Shown in pieces: positions 60,975-64,000 of a DNA stretch of 64,000 bases. Position numbers and translations under genes: made by a program. The stretch spans positions 1,087,165-1,151,164 of the forward strand of contig NW_003314324.1 in NCBI RefSeq assembly GCF_000143415.4, in the 5' to 3' direction. This DNA is from Selaginella moellendorffii (Eukaryota > Plantae > Lycopodiophyta). Within the stretch, counting starts at the first letter, position 1. Every line of letters begins with the position of its first letter. A model generated the notes under the pieces. The model did not search any database. It saw only the letters and a program-made list of their open reading frames with translations, and had not been told where the DNA came from.

Positions 60975-63900
60975 GTCCGAATTGAAAGTAATCCGATGGC
61001 TACCAAAATCCCACTATGCTAATATTAGTATACAGCATTATAGCCATACACTTAGTCCTCACATCATCCCCTCCTCTCAGAATAATGGAAGACCATCAGG
61101 GTTCTCTTATAGAAGGGCCGGGATCTGGAGGAACGTCAGGAGGAGGCATCGACGGATCTATAGGTGGTATTAACTACTCATGATCCCTTTGTATAAAGTG
61201 TTTCAACCGCTACACATGCACAATCTCTGGAGGATTAGTCTGCTAGATATCATGCCGAACCTCATAAACTTGTGGTCCAACTTGCCACAACACCCAATAC
61301 GGTCCTTTCCACTACACAAGGAGCCCCTTAGATAAACCAAGTACCGTAAAATGGGGAAAATAGACTAACACCAAATCATCCACTTTGTACTCTATAGGTG
61401 GACAATGATGGGAGTTGTAATGCCATTGTTGTCCCACCTGTACGCGGCCTAAATGTTCTCCAGACTTTGCTTGGACAAGTGAAAGAATGATCGTCAAATA
61501 CTGATCCCACGACTTAGCATCGGCAGCTTGTGGCAATCGTGAAGGTAAACCCAGCTCTATTGGTAATATTGGATCATGACCATATAAGAGTTTATAGCCA
61601 ACAAAACTTTGCACACATGTGATATATGCATACCGAAGAGACGGCAAATAACCATCCCAATCCGAATGCTAAAAGTGCATATACTTCGCAATCATCCCTT
61701 TAAATGTCCGAACGAGCTATTCCACTAGACCGTCTGATTATGGATGATAAGCACTTATGAAAGTGTGGCGTATCCCCAACCAAGACGTCAAAACATAAAA
61801 TGCCTCAACCATAAATGTGGGACCATTATCCAAAAGAATCTGCTCTAGACAAGAATGTTGGAACACCATTCGATTGAAGAGGAAGTACTCAACAACAGTT
61901 GCAGAGGTGCTAGCAAGAGCACTAACTTCCACCCAACGAGTCAAGTAGTCCGAAGCAATAATAACATACTAATTTGTAGCGCATCTTATCTCTCTCCCCT
62001 TAAGCCAACTAAAAAAGGGGCAATTGCTTGATGGGAAAGCCCTTAGTAGCTATTTTATCCCCATTTATCCCCCAAAGTTCCAAGGATCCACAATGATAGT
62101 ATATCCAAATCTCATTCCATGATCACATGTGCTACACTCACCCCCCCCCCCCCCCTTCAGAAATGTCAATGTCCTCATTGACTATTGACTACTGAGCTAA
62201 GGGGAACCAACACCTCCATTTCCGCACTGAATCTACCAATCCTTCCATTGTGTAGACTAGCTATTCCATGTGAGTCAANNNNNNNNNNNNNNNNNNNNNN
62301 NNNNNNNNNNNNNNNNNNNNNNNNNNNNNNNNNNNNNNNNNNNNNNNNNNNNNNNNNNNNNNNNNNNNNNNNNNNNNNNNNNNNNNNNNNNNNNNNNNNN
62401 NNNNNNNNNNNNNNNNNNNNNNNNNNNNNNNNNNNNNNNNNNNNNNNNNNNNNNNNNNNNNNNNNNNNNNNNNNNNNNNNNNNNNNNNNNNNNNNNNNNN
62501 NNNNNNNNNNNNNNNNNNNNNNNNNNNNNNNNNNNNNNNNNNNNNNNNNNNNNNNNNNNNNNNNNNNNNNNNNNNNNNNNNNNNNNNNNNNNNNNNNNNN
62601 NNNNNNNNNNNNNNNNNNNNNNNNNNNNNNNNNNNNNNNNNNNNNNNNNNNNNNNNNNNNNNNNNNNNNNNNNNNNNNNNNNNNNNNNNNNNNNNNNNNN
62701 NNNNNNNNNNNNNNNNNNNNNNNNNNNNNNNNNNNNNNNNNNNNNNNNNNNNNNNNNNNNNNNNNNNNNNNNATCACATGCGCTACACATTGCCATATGA
62801 TGTAGTGTGATCAGAAAGATGATCCATAAAGTGACCGAGATATTGCACCTTGACGAAGAAGCGATGCACATCATTTACACACTTCAGAGTAGGGAACTTT
62901 AGAACAACCACAAGTTTGTCAAGATCAACTTGCAAACCTTCACGAGAAATACAGTACCCAAGATAAGTTGTGTCTTTGGACCCAAACATGCATTTTGACC
63001 CCTTCAACTTTAAACCAACATTTGGTAGCCAATCCAACACTTTACGAACATCACAAATGTGCTCTTTCCATGGCTCCTCCGAGTGGATCAAAACATCATT
63101 ACTGAAGTCAGCAGTCACCTCTAGCATATTGCAAAGAATCTCATCCATCATCCGCTGGAAAGTTGCTGGAGCATTGTTCAAACCAAATAGCATCACCAAG
63201 AACTCGTACAATTCAAATGGTGTATAAAAAGCAATCTTTGGAATATCTTCTTTGGCCATCGGTACTTGCCAATACCCAGAAGCAAGATCTAACTTGATGA
63301 ACCAATGATTTTGCTCTACCTAGACAATCCAAGAGATCAGCAATATGAGGAAGAAGGTACACATCCAGGATCGTTACTTCGTTTAACAGACGATAGTCGA
63401 TGCAAAAACAAATACTCCGATCAAGCTTTGTTACAAGATGAGGTTCACATGCCTAAAGACTCCACGACTTCCAAATAACACCCTTCTCCAACATCTCCTT
63501 AACATTTGCATGTAAAATCTTGATCTCTTTGGGTGACTGATGACGAACATGAACCTTGATTGGACAAACATCCCCGATTGGAATCGGATGATGTGTGGCA
63601 ATCTTGGCCCCAGATGATAAGTCAAAGTCAAAGAGATCAGAATACTCCTTCATGAGTCGGTCAACCACTGCAACACAAAGATTGTCGGAGGGATCGGAAA
63701 AGGAAAGAGTAGAGCAAGACAAAAACATAGGAGGAAATAGTGGGGGGACAAAAGTAATGGAAGCAGAGATAAAAGTAGAGGGACGAAGAGGTACAGAATT
63801 GAGGGGAATGGATGAAACATAAAAAAGTATGAGACAAAGGGGAGAAGCCTCAAAGTCACACTTGGCATGATTGTGTTGCAACCAATCTATACCAAGGATG

Positions 63901-64000
63901 AGGTCAAAAGCTTGACTCGGCACCACCTGCAAAGACTGCAACTCAAGCTTGAGATCACCTACACGCACAATCAGGTCTACCTCATCTCGTGCACATGCAT
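60975..64000 (-). mobile_element. Ty3/gypsy retrotransposon remnant (PR-RT...INT-PPT-3'LTR), runs off the window
   Basis: Protease end AFDLILGIDWL. RT motifs FCIDYRLLN, DLASGYWQ, FGLNNAPATFQR and degenerate FSNDVLI. Integrase DYLTRWVE, DNGPTF, AYHP and WKGPY. PPT gagaggaggggatga at 61078-61064 precedes the tgtgagg LTR start at 61063. Confidence 0.92.

Noticed and set aside
62175-62874. Long ORFs across N runs (also 42127-42467)
   Set aside because: Artefacts of assembly gaps.

Overview
Eukaryotic land-plant genomic DNA. Very short GT-AG introns (about 45-90 nt), tight gene packing and the gene content suggest a compact lycophyte-type genome such as Selaginella; this is an inference, not a database result. 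Bases 1-30 kb hold 13 conserved genes: a WRC-domain protein, a HARE-HTH-like protein, SKA3, a three-qRRM hnRNP F/H/ESRP-like protein, a DRB2-type dsRNA-binding protein, U1-C, a PBS1/PBL27-type kinase, SWC2/YL1, a ZIM/ZML GATA factor, a HAD hydrolase, RNR1, a polyol/monosaccharide transporter (PLT) and a CYP74 oxylipin enzyme. Bases 30-51 kb are a rearranged accessory zone. It contains broken copies of RNR1 and PLT, an internally inverted PAO (pheophorbide a oxygenase) fragment, an inverted duplicate of the CYP74-PLT block, a copia remnant, several solo LTRs with target-site duplications (TSDs), and a complete 580-bp TRIM whose LTRs carry a 5S rRNA internal-promoter segment (Cassandra-type). 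Bases 51-64 kb are decayed LTR-retrotransposon DNA, ending in a Ty3/gypsy pol remnant. All exon boundaries and alignments were read by eye and are approximate.
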